Positions 26,640 through 34,887 of a DNA stretch of 48,224 nucleotides are shown piece by piece. The notes beneath the pieces were generated by a model. That model ran no database searches. It was given only the letters and a program-made list of their open reading frames with translations, and was not told the origin of the DNA. A program made the position numbers and the translations under genes. The DNA is taken from NCBI GenBank assembly GCA_964512635.1, contig CAZEJB010000012.1, forward strand, positions 57,989 to 106,212, given 5' to 3'. How positions within the stretch are numbered: the first letter of the stretch is position 1; the number at the start of each line of letters is the position of its first letter. The stretch is from an uncultured Planctomycetales bacterium (GTDB lineage: Bacteria > 4484-113 > JAFGCY01).

Positions 26640-27250
26640 CGGAGGGCCGAGGCCATGCTCGGCCACTACCGGAGGGGATACGGGCCAGCGGCTCGCGCTC
26701 CAAACGCGGCGCAGCCGCGAAAACCCACCGGTTACAAACCGGTGCCACCGCAGCGCGGCGCGCGGCCTCCGGAGCGGTCTGCCTTCTTTGCCGGGCAGTG
26801 GTCACTGCAGCGATTGTAACGCCGATTGTGGCCCTGGCCGGCAGGCCGGGGACGGGAATGCCCGCACTGCCATACGGGCCCACCAGACGGGCGGCGACTG
26901 TGCGCCGCCCCTACAAGAGAAGTTGCAGCCAGGATGGACGCGCTCCGACAGCAAAGATGCAGCCGGGGTGCCTGCGCTCCGACAAAAGGTCTTATTCCGG
27001 ATCCCGCTTTTCTTTGTGTCCTTCGTGTCTTTGTGGTTGAACTCTTCCGAGCAAAACAAGGCGCGAAGGCGCGAGTACATTCGGCCGCTTTGCCGGGCGG
27101 TGACAAGCTATGTCCCTGCAAGAGAGGTTGCGGGCAGGATGCAGGCGCTCTATGAAGATGCAGACTAAAGTCTGCGCTCCCCAGCAGATGCGGGCAGGAT
27201 GCCCCGCTCCAGCAAGAGGCCGGCTTGCAGCCGGCGCTCCAAGTCTTGGC
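26640..27250. repeat. REP-like cluster 4 (direct repeat B copy 2 at 26761..26850, plus inverted copies of cluster-1 units)
   Basis: gggcggcgactgtgcgccgcccCTACAAG is the reverse complement of a cluster-1 unit. gcgctccgaca and ggggagcgcagactttagtctgca are variants in inverse orientation. Confidence 0.55.
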
Positions 27251-27285
27251 TTCCCCGCCCCGGTAAATCCCTGATCGCTCGGAGA

Positions 27286-27423
27286 AACTCGGTTAACTCG
27301 ATTAACTCTGTTGTGGAACGGAATCCTCTACGGCCTGGCGCGCGGACAGGGCCGCGCTGCTACTGGAATCCAGACTCGGCCAAACTCGCTTCACTCGCTT
27401 AACTCTGTTGTGGATCGGAATCC
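27286..27423 (+). repeat. Pair of 42-nt direct repeats (period 96 nt) with internal AACTCG iterations
   Basis: aaactcggttaactcgattaactctgttgtggaacggaatcc versus aaactcgcttcactcgcttaactctgttgtggatcggaatcc. Confidence 0.5.
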
Positions 27424-27639
27424 GGATCGGTCTGCCATATATTACAAATACACGCTATCCAGTAAAATAAAAGCGAGGCTGGCTGGGTATCGATATGCGC
27501 CGTGTTCTGCGCCAGGTTCATGCTTTCGGTTAACACTTGTACGCCCGCGCAACTGCTCCCCTGCGCACGCGCTTTCCATCCGTTCCCATCCGGTGCGACA
27601 CGCCCGTCCGCCCGGCTGCCGGCGACGGCGCTGCAAGGT

Positions 27640-27890
27640 CCCGGCTGCGGTGTTTTTGAAAATGCAAAACTGCCTCTCTCTGCAGCGAAATCAGCCTCGC
27701 AGGTTAAAACTCCCTGCCGCACTGCTTTGAAAAACGAATCTGACGTCCAAAACGGGGCCCGAAAGTTAAAAGTCCGGCGGAGAGCGCGCCGCCCTGAAAA
27801 CAGTAATCCACGTCCGTTTTCGGGGGTGGAAGTTAAAAGCGGCGCGGCCCGCAGACCGGGCCGGAGCGGAGCGCTTGCAGGGCTCTGCAG
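27640..27890 (+). repeat. Three to four degenerate ~63-bp tandem repeats (GTTAAAAGTCC...CTGAAAAC.GTAATC.ACGTCC....CGGGG) in the ndk leader/promoter region
   Basis: GTTAAAA(C/G) recurs three times at ~63-nt spacing, each with a conserved downstream TGAAAAC...ACGTCC...CGGGG segment. A partial fourth copy lies upstream. Confidence 0.45.
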
Positions 27891-27915
27891 GTGTCAGCCG
27901 GGGCCTGGCAGGGTC

Positions 27916-27921
27916 TATAAT
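27916..27921 (+). promoter_or_regulatory. Candidate -10 box (TATAAT) about 90 nt upstream of ndk
   Basis: A perfect TATAAT hexamer in ggtcTATAATctgcg. No convincing -35 element was found. Confidence 0.3.
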
Positions 27922-28011
27922 CTGCGGCCCGCAGCCGGCGCTGCCGGGCAAAACTGCAAATCATCAGTACCAGCGCGGCCGCAGAGCCAGCGCGGGATCA
28001 GGAGAACAACA

Positions 28012-28470
28012 ATGGCCTGGGAACGTACCTTCGCAATGCTGAAGCCCGACACCGTGCAGCGCGGCATCATCGGCCAGGTGCTGAGCCGCCTGGAGCAGAA
28101 GGGTTTTCGCATCGTCGCCCTGAAGCTGATCCAGGTCACGCCTGAGCTGGCCGGCAAGCACTACAGCGCCCATGTCGGCAAGCCCTTTTATGACGGCCTG
28201 ATCAAGTACATCACCTCCAGCCCGGTGGTGGTGATGGTGCTCGAGGCGCCGCAGGCGGTGGAGCAGCTGCGCAGCTTCATCGGCGCGACCCGCCCGAATG
28301 AGGCGGCCGCCGGCACGATCCGCGGCGACTTCGGCGTGGACATCAGCAACAACCTGATCCACGCCAGCGACTCCGTCAGCTCGGCGGCCCAGGAGATCGG
28401 TGTCTATTTCAGCCAGGGCGAGCTGCTGGATTACGAGCGCGCCATCGATGAGTGGCTGGTCGGAAGATAG
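28012..28470 (+). CDS. ndk: Nucleoside diphosphate kinase
   Basis: MAWERTFAMLKPDTVQRGIIGQVLSRLEQKGFRIVALKL...NLIHASDS is the canonical NDK. The track ORF 27502..28470 reads through the non-coding leader in the same frame. Confidence 0.95.
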   Translation: MAWERTFAMLKPDTVQRGIIGQVLSRLEQKGFRIVALKLIQVTPELAGKHYSAHVGKPFYDGLIKYITSSPVVVMVLEAPQAVEQLRSFIGATRPNEAAAGTIRGDFGVDISNNLIHASDSVSSAAQEIGVYFSQGELLDYERAIDEWLVGR

Positions 28471-28483
28471 TGCACAGAGCATA

Positions 28484-28540
28484 GTGCTCAGTGCTCAGTA
28501 TCATCCACTGAGCACTGAGCATTGAGCACTGAGCACTTGT
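28484..28540 (+). terminator. Long hairpin built from a GAGCACT heptamer (two inverted and four direct copies) just after the ndk stop
   Basis: agtgctcagtgctcagt-atcatcc-actgagcactgagca, followed by ttgagcactgagcact. A 16-17-bp stem with no clean U-tract. Confidence 0.4.
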
Positions 28541-28574
28541 CAAAACCGGCTCACTCGCGCCCTATAGTTAATCA

Positions 28575-29381
28575 GTGACCGAAACTACTACAGCGGCCGA
28601 CCGCATCGTCATCTGCCTCGACGGCATCGTGCGCGGCCTGTGGAAGCTGCTGCCCTTTGACTGCTCCTGGACCGACTATGTCGCCGCGGCCCAGGAGCGG
28701 CGGCCGGATCTGACCTTCATCCATCTGCAGCAGCCCTACGACTGGGAGGATCTGCTGCGGGGCAGCGCCAAGCCCTATGAAGAGCTGGTCAAAGGCATGG
28801 CCGATGAGCTGCTGGCCCGGGACGGCGACAAGTGGGAAGAGGTGCTGGTGCTAGGCTTTTCGATGGGCGGGCTGACGGCGCTGAACCTGACGGAGGAGAT
28901 CGGCTCCAGCGATGTCCAGGTCGCTCCGCAGCGGCTGATGTTCTGCACCTTTGGCACACCCTTTGGCGGCCCTTTTGACTACACCACGGCGATGATCCAG
29001 CGGCTGCAAAACAGCTACCTTGACCGGCTCTATGACGGCGAGAGCACCCGGCGCTACTTCAAGGGCCTGCTGGACAACGCCCGGGCCAGCCGCACGATGA
29101 ACCTTGAGATCATTCTGCACAGCATTGAGCGCGACGAATTCGTGCCGGAGCGCTCGGCGCTGCTGCCGGCCGAGTGGCTTTACTTCGCCCCACAGTGGCC
29201 GCGGCTGAAGTGGGAAACCCACATCGCCCCCTGCAGCAACCGCCTGCGGCCCCATGACGGCTTTCTGCATGACCCGCTGGCCTGCGCCTACCTTGACGGC
29301 CTGGTCGACCAGCTTCTCCCGCCGCTCTGGGAGGAGCGCCGCAGCCAGCCGCGCAATGGCTTTGCCGCCCCGGGGATCTGA
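28575..29381 (+). CDS. Alpha/beta-hydrolase-like protein
   Basis: Nucleophile elbow GFSMGG. Confidence 0.65.
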   Translation: MTETTTAADRIVICLDGIVRGLWKLLPFDCSWTDYVAAAQERRPDLTFIHLQQPYDWEDLLRGSAKPYEELVKGMADELLARDGDKWEEVLVLGFSMGGLTALNLTEEIGSSDVQVAPQRLMFCTFGTPFGGPFDYTTAMIQRLQNSYLDRLYDGESTRRYFKGLLDNARASRTMNLEIILHSIERDEFVPERSALLPAEWLYFAPQWPRLKWETHIAPCSNRLRPHDGFLHDPLACAYLDGLVDQLLPPLWEERRSQPRNGFAAPGI

Positions 29382-29629
29382 GCACCGCGCCCGGTCTCGT
29401 GGCCGATCCGGGTTCTGCGGCACGGCTGACCGGCAATGTACTGACAATATATATAGGTCTGGTCTCGGCAGGCAATGATGAAAATTGAGCCCGAAAGGTA
29501 AAAAACTGCTTGCATTTCTTAAACTTCCGTGTACAATCCAGAGGTCTGCGCCCGCCGCGCTCAGTGGCCGGGCCCAATGCTGCTACGTCCCACGGGAGTC
29601 TCTGAGGTGAAGAAGACGGAGGCTCGAAA

Positions 29630-31108
29630 ATGCGAAACTGGATGGAAGGCAAGTGGGGCGTCTGCGCACTCATTTTCACTTTTGCCCTCACCATGACTCT
29701 GGCTGCCTGCGGCGGCGGCTCGTCTGCGCCCGATCCCGGTAACCCCGGTCAGGGCAATGGCAACCTGCCCGGCCAGCAACAGACCGGCCAGCTCGGCACG
29801 TCCGCCAACCCGGTGGTCGATTCCAGCTATAACAAGGCCGACGCCCCGAAGGCCCAGCCGGTTGCCGGTGTCAGCGCCGAAGCGCCCCTGGGCACCAACC
29901 CGGCCTATAACATGCAGCCCCTGGGTGCCAGCGTGACCGGCCATGAAGCCAGCAAGGCCGGCAGCGTGGCGGTGGTCATCCCCGGCGATGACGTGCTGCG
30001 GATCCTGGACATCACCATGGCCCACGACGGCGATGCCCCGGACTTCCAGCTCAACCACCAGGTCTTCGACGAGGGCGAGAACATCGACCTCTACATGCTC
30101 TACGAGATGGTCCAGCCTGATACGATCAACCGCCGCTGGGTTTCCAACGCCATCGGCCTGGACTACACCGAGAACAGCATCGTCCACAGCGCGACCGGCA
30201 TTTTTACCGTCAAGCTGGACTATACGATTCCCTTCGGCACCGCCCGGGAGAACGCTGTCTACACCTACTATCTCGAAGCCAGCGACGGCACGATCGCCGA
30301 GAGCCCGGACTTCCTGTATGACATCCTCTCCGGCGGCACCTGCGACACCCCGCGCTACCCGGTAGCCGGCGATGCGCAGATGGCCTGGGAAGACCTGATC
30401 GTCAACAGCGACTACGACTACAACGACTTCGTCTCCAGCATGAACATCACCGAGTGGCGTCTGCAGAGCAGCGGCGACCTGGTGCAGATCCAGTTCAAGG
30501 TCAAGGCGCTGGCGCGCGGCGCGGGCTATGACCATGCCTGGCAGTTCAATATTGCCTCGGCCTTCCCCGGCGCCACGGTGACCAGCTCGGTGCAGCAGTA
30601 CAAGGCCAACGGCAGCCCGGCCGGCCCGCAGCGGATCTGGCGCTCGACCCAGGGCACCGATATCCCCGTCTTCACCCAGACCCGCGAAGCCCTGCCCGAA
30701 CCCCCTAGCTCCTTCGCTACCAACACCCTGGCCGGAACCAAGTTCATCGATGGCGACTACGCGGTGGTCAACATCATCTTCGACTCCCCGGTCAAGTCCG
30801 GCACCTGGACCCCGATGCCCTACAACCCGCAGCTCAAGGTCTACGCCTCAACCGGCAATGTCTATAACATCGGGCTGTGGCGCAAGAAGGGCGATGCCGT
30901 TGACACGAATGGCCGCCCGCTGGCCTTCATCGTCCCGGCAACCTATGCCTGGCCCCTGGAGTACAAGCGGATCTGGACAGTTTACCCCGGATTCAATAAT
31001 TGGGTGAACTGGATAAATGACCGCAACCCGGGCAGCGCCGCCCCCAGCCCGCTGTGGTTCAACACGGTGCCGGTGCGCGACAGCTTCCAGCGCAATCTCT
31101 TCAACTAG
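29630..31108 (+). CDS. LruC-like surface lipoprotein, paralog 1
   Basis: Lipobox LAACGGGSSAPDP and linker NPGQGNGNLPGQQ. Conserved core YPVAGDAQMAWEDLIVNSDYDYNDFV...KALARGAGYDHAWQFNI...GRPLAFIVPATYAWPLE. Confidence 0.8.
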   Translation: MRNWMEGKWGVCALIFTFALTMTLAACGGGSSAPDPGNPGQGNGNLPGQQQTGQLGTSANPVVDSSYNKADAPKAQPVAGVSAEAPLGTNPAYNMQPLGASVTGHEASKAGSVAVVIPGDDVLRILDITMAHDGDAPDFQLNHQVFDEGENIDLYMLYEMVQPDTINRRWVSNAIGLDYTENSIVHSATGIFTVKLDYTIPFGTARENAVYTYYLEASDGTIAESPDFLYDILSGGTCDTPRYPVAGDAQMAWEDLIVNSDYDYNDFVSSMNITEWRLQSSGDLVQIQFKVKALARGAGYDHAWQFNIASAFPGATVTSSVQQYKANGSPAGPQRIWRSTQGTDIPVFTQTREALPEPPSSFATNTLAGTKFIDGDYAVVNIIFDSPVKSGTWTPMPYNPQLKVYASTGNVYNIGLWRKKGDAVDTNGRPLAFIVPATYAWPLEYKRIWTVYPGFNNWVNWINDRNPGSAAPSPLWFNTVPVRDSFQRNLFN

Positions 31109-31133
31109 AACCACGACTGCATACGTTTTGAAC

Positions 31134-31164
31134 AGAGGGCCGCGCAAGCGGCCCTCATTGTTTG
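31134..31164 (+). terminator. Rho-independent terminator after LruC-like paralog 1
   Basis: gagggccgc-GCAA-gcggccctc, followed by attgtttgt. Confidence 0.65.
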
Positions 31165-31526
31165 TCTGGTGAAGGCGCCAGCTTTAACCTGTATTTAATA
31201 CTGATGCGCCCTGAGCGTGGCTGGTGACAGACGCCGGCAGCAACAGTGTCAGACCGCTTTCAATTGGTTAACTGCATGTAACAGCAACAACAAATAGAGG
31301 GCCCAAAGTTAATCAGCAGGCCAGAAGGTCAAAAGACAGCTCACTTTGTCTTAACAATGAGTCTGAAAAGTTAGAGCCTGATCCGATTAAGTTCAAAGTC
31401 CGATTAAACGACTTCATTGCACCTTTCTTGAAGTTATAGTCCGCATCGGCTGTGCTTGGGGGCGAGACAGGAGTGCTTCTGCTGCCGAGCTGTGATCAAC
31501 CCGTGTACCGAGGAAGGAGGCATTTC

Positions 31527-33044
31527 ATGCATACCATTAAGGAGCAGCGCGTGGCGCTGCTGATGGTCCTGGTAGCTTTGCTGGCGCTGGTCAGCTGCGG
31601 CGGCGGCGGCGGTTCGACACCGGACCCCCAGAACAATGACAACCCGGGCCAGGGCACCGGCAACCTCCCCGGCCAGCAGAACCCCGGCAATGTCAACGCC
31701 GGCCCCGACTGGCTGCTGACCCCCAAGGGCGATGTCGATGCCCTCAACGCTCCGCTCGGCACCGACCCGGCCTATGACATGCAGCTGCTCAGCGGTTCTG
31801 TTACGGCCACCGAGCCGCCGCGCACCAGCAGCGTGCTGGTCGGCCCGGCAATCGGTGACTTCAATCCGCTGGGCATCGTGATGATGCACGACGGCGAGGC
31901 CCCCAACTTCAACCTGACCACGAACACCTTTACTGAAGGCGAAGCGGTGGACCTGTACATGAAGTACGAGGTGCCGGCTGCAGATTTTCTGCTTGACCGC
32001 CGCTGGATCAGCGCGAAGATCAACCTTGACCTGACCGAGACCAGCATCACCCATCCCAGCGCGAACATCTATGTTGTCAAGCTGGACTGGAACATCCCGA
32101 TGGGAACCAAGGGCCAGAGCGGCGTGTTCAGCTATACGCTCAAGCACGACACTGTGACCAAGCCCTCGCCGAACTTCAACTACAACATCGTCGGCACCGT
32201 TCCGGTGAGCACTTCGCGCTACCCGGTCAGCGGGGATGCCCAGATCGCCTGGGAGGACCTGCTGGTCAACTCCGACTACGACTACAACGACTTCGTGGCC
32301 CGCATGAACATCAAGGAATGGCGCCGCGATTCCGATGACGCCCTGCTGCAGATCGACTTTGTGGTCAAGGCCCTGGCCCGCGGGGCGGGTTACAGCGCCG
32401 ACTGGCAGTTCAACATCAGCAACGCCTTCCCCGGCGCCAAAGTGACCGCCAGCGTCAAGCAGTATAAGAAGAACGGCACCCTGCGCCACCAGACGATCTG
32501 GAAGTCCAGCAACGGCACTGACGTGCCGGTCTTTACGCCGACCAGCGATGCACTGCCCCCGCCGAGCGGTACCTGGGCCACCAATACCGTCTCCGGAACC
32601 CCCTATGTTGAAGGCGATTATGCCCAGGTGACGATCATCTTTGACCAGCCCTATACAGGCGCCGCGCTGGCCATGCCCTACAACCCCCTCCTGAAGGTCA
32701 CCGCAAACAGCGGCCAGGTCTACAGCATCGGGCTGTGGAAGAACAAGGGCGACACAGTTGACACCCAGGGCAACCCTCTGGTTGACGACCAGGGCCGGCC
32801 GCTGGCCTTCATCGTGCCTTATACCTATGCCTGGCCTCTGGAGCAGGAAGCTGCCTGGAATGCCTACAGCTCCTACTGGGCCTGGGCCAACTGGATCAAG
32901 GGCACGGGCAGCCAGCCCAACACCTACTGGTACCAGCAGGCGCCGAGCACCGCAAGCAAGGCCTACAGCCGCGGCAAGTTCACCGGCACCGGCAAGGACT
33001 ACAACCAGGAAGACAAGGGCAATATGGGCGGCGGCGACGACTAG
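31527..33044 (+). CDS. LruC-like surface lipoprotein, paralog 2
   Basis: ATG after an AGGAAGGAGG Shine-Dalgarno. Lipobox LVSCGGGGGSTPDP. Core YPVSGDAQIAWEDLLVNSDYDYNDFVARMNIKEWRR...GRPLAFIVPYTYAWPLE. Confidence 0.8.
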   Translation: MHTIKEQRVALLMVLVALLALVSCGGGGGSTPDPQNNDNPGQGTGNLPGQQNPGNVNAGPDWLLTPKGDVDALNAPLGTDPAYDMQLLSGSVTATEPPRTSSVLVGPAIGDFNPLGIVMMHDGEAPNFNLTTNTFTEGEAVDLYMKYEVPAADFLLDRRWISAKINLDLTETSITHPSANIYVVKLDWNIPMGTKGQSGVFSYTLKHDTVTKPSPNFNYNIVGTVPVSTSRYPVSGDAQIAWEDLLVNSDYDYNDFVARMNIKEWRRDSDDALLQIDFVVKALARGAGYSADWQFNISNAFPGAKVTASVKQYKKNGTLRHQTIWKSSNGTDVPVFTPTSDALPPPSGTWATNTVSGTPYVEGDYAQVTIIFDQPYTGAALAMPYNPLLKVTANSGQVYSIGLWKNKGDTVDTQGNPLVDDQGRPLAFIVPYTYAWPLEQEAAWNAYSSYWAWANWIKGTGSQPNTYWYQQAPSTASKAYSRGKFTGTGKDYNQEDKGNMGGGDD

Positions 33045-33067
33045 CTCTTAGAACGAACTCAAGCAAA

Positions 33068-33093
33068 TGGGGCGCCGCAAGGCGCCCTTTTGT
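33068..33093 (+). terminator. Rho-independent terminator after paralog 2
   Basis: gggcgcc-GCAA-ggcgccc, followed by ttttgttt. Confidence 0.7.
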
Positions 33094-33256
33094 TTAGGGT
33101 GGCTTAAGGCTCGAATTAGATTGCTTCAAAGCTGGATTAACCGCTCCCAGGATGCTTGCGGTCTCGGTATATTCCCCCCGGCAGGCGGGGAATTTCCGTC
33201 TTTGGCGGCTGCGTCCCTGCCTGGTCCATCTTGCACAATTGGTAGGGAGGAAGCCC

Positions 33257-34726
33257 ATGCGCAACTCACGCAGGCCCCTTTGGCCGGCACTTTTGCTCGC
33301 GCTGTTGCTGCTGTTAACTGTTGCGTCCTGCGGAGGCGGCTCGTCGGCCCCCGATCCGGACAACAACAACAACCCCGGCCAGGGCAATGGCGAGCTGCCC
33401 GGTCAGCAGAATGGCAACGGCGGCGTTTCCGCCGCGCCCTGGAAGGCCCAGGCGCCCGGCGATGTCAACGCCGAAGAAGCGCCACTGGGCACAAACCCGG
33501 ATTACAACATGACCGAGATTGGGGGATCAACCAGCTTTGAAGCCGGCCACTCCACCAGCCTGGTCATCATTGGCGGCGACCCGGACTTCAACATCATTGA
33601 CCTGACGATGGCCAAGGACGGCGTGGCTGCCAACTTCGATCTGGCAAGTGCGACCTTTAACGAAGGCGAGCCTGTCGACCTGTGGATCAAGTATGAGACC
33701 ACGGGAACCGACATGACACTCAGCCGCCACTGGGTCAGCAGCCTGCTGAACCTGAATGCCACCGAGAGCAGCGTTCCGCATGTCAGCCCTGGGACCTACA
33801 CCGCCAAGCTGGACTGGAACATCCCGATGGGCACCGCCGGTCAGAACGGTCAGTTCAACTATGATCTGACCTGGAACGCGGTCAACAAGGTCAGCGCCAA
33901 CTTCCCCTTCAACATCAGTGGCACCATCCCTAACACCAAGGAGCGCTATCCGCTGACCGGCGATGCGCAAATCGCGTACGAGGACCTGCTGACGAACTCG
34001 GACTATGACTACAACGACTTCGTCTGTAAGATGAATATGACCGAGTGGCGCCGCAACAGCGACGACGCGCTGATCGAGGTTGACTTCACCGTCAAGGCCC
34101 TGGCCCGGGCCGCGGGCTATGACGCCGCCTGGCAGTTCAACATCAGCAACTCCTTCCCCGGCGCCCAGGTGACGGCGATCGTCAAGCAGTACTATGCCAA
34201 TGGCACTCTGCGCCACACCACCAACTGGAGCAGCAGCAACGGTACCGACCTGCCGATCTTTACGCCGACCCGCGACGCCCTGCCCAACCCGCCGGGCACC
34301 TATGCCACCAACGGCATCGCCGGCACGCAGTTCGTCAATGGCGATTATGCAACAGTGCAGATCTTCTTCAACCAGCCCTTCACGGGCCAGGCGATGGAGA
34401 TGCCTTACAACCCGCTGCTGAAGGTGACCGCCAGCCAGAGCAATGTCTACAGCATCGGCATCTGGAAGCAGAAGGGCGATACGGTCGACACCCAGGGCAA
34501 CCCGCTGGTTGACAGCAACGGGCGCCCGCTGGCCTTCGTGGTGCCCACCACTTACGCCTGGCCGCTGGAAGGGATCAACGCCTGGAACGCCTACGACACA
34601 TATAACAACTGGACCAACTGGATCAAGACCGCCGGCGCCAATCCGCCGAGCTATATCTGGTACCAGCATGCACCCAGTACCCCAAGCAAGGCCTACAGCC
34701 GCGACAAGTTCACGCCATATCCCTAA
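33257..34726 (+). CDS. LruC-like surface lipoprotein, paralog 3
   Basis: ATG after a GGGAGG Shine-Dalgarno. Lipobox VASCGGGSSAPDP. Core YPLTGDAQIAYEDLLTNSDYDYNDFVCKMNMTEWRR...GRPLAFVVPTTYAWPLE. Confidence 0.8.
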   Translation: MRNSRRPLWPALLLALLLLLTVASCGGGSSAPDPDNNNNPGQGNGELPGQQNGNGGVSAAPWKAQAPGDVNAEEAPLGTNPDYNMTEIGGSTSFEAGHSTSLVIIGGDPDFNIIDLTMAKDGVAANFDLASATFNEGEPVDLWIKYETTGTDMTLSRHWVSSLLNLNATESSVPHVSPGTYTAKLDWNIPMGTAGQNGQFNYDLTWNAVNKVSANFPFNISGTIPNTKERYPLTGDAQIAYEDLLTNSDYDYNDFVCKMNMTEWRRNSDDALIEVDFTVKALARAAGYDAAWQFNISNSFPGAQVTAIVKQYYANGTLRHTTNWSSSNGTDLPIFTPTRDALPNPPGTYATNGIAGTQFVNGDYATVQIFFNQPFTGQAMEMPYNPLLKVTASQSNVYSIGIWKQKGDTVDTQGNPLVDSNGRPLAFVVPTTYAWPLEGINAWNAYDTYNNWTNWIKTAGANPPSYIWYQHAPSTPSKAYSRDKFTPYP

Positions 34727-34801
34727 AGGGACGGGCCAGAGCCTGTAGATCGGCACTGCATCAAGCTGCGGCTGACTTAAGAAGTCCAGACCGTTTCAGA
34801 C

Positions 34802-34832
34802 GGCGCCCCGGGAAACCGGGGCGCTTTTGCTT
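34802..34832 (+). terminator. Rho-independent terminator after paralog 3
   Basis: ggcgccccgg-GAAA-ccggggcgc, followed by ttttgctt. Confidence 0.7.
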
Positions 34833-34887
34833 GGGGCGGTCTTGCGATTGCTTAGCCAGTCGTGTATACTGATTTAACTTAACATTT

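Noticed and set aside
23007-27250. Integron-like cassette array, with repeat clusters between promoter-poor small ORFs
   Set aside because: There is no intI, no attI and no recognisable attC core/inverse-core (GTTRRRY/RYYYAAC) pairs. ORF orientations are mixed. Each 'site' is a cluster of many short hairpins rather than one attC. It is kept only as cassette-like in the findings.
27286-27890. Possible CRISPR array, from the 42-nt direct repeats at 96-nt period and the ~63-bp GTTAAAAG-containing repeats
   Set aside because: Only two or three degenerate copies. Repeat and spacer lengths are not uniform, the repeats are not identical, and no cas genes are anywhere in the window. The sequence is better described as regulatory or tandem repeats.
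27502-28011. N-terminal 170 aa of the track ORF 27502..28470
   Set aside because: It is in-frame read-through of the non-coding ndk leader. The canonical NDK begins at MAWERTFAMLKPD (28012), which is preceded by a GGAGAA Shine-Dalgarno. The upstream 'protein' is Arg/Pro-rich nonsense.
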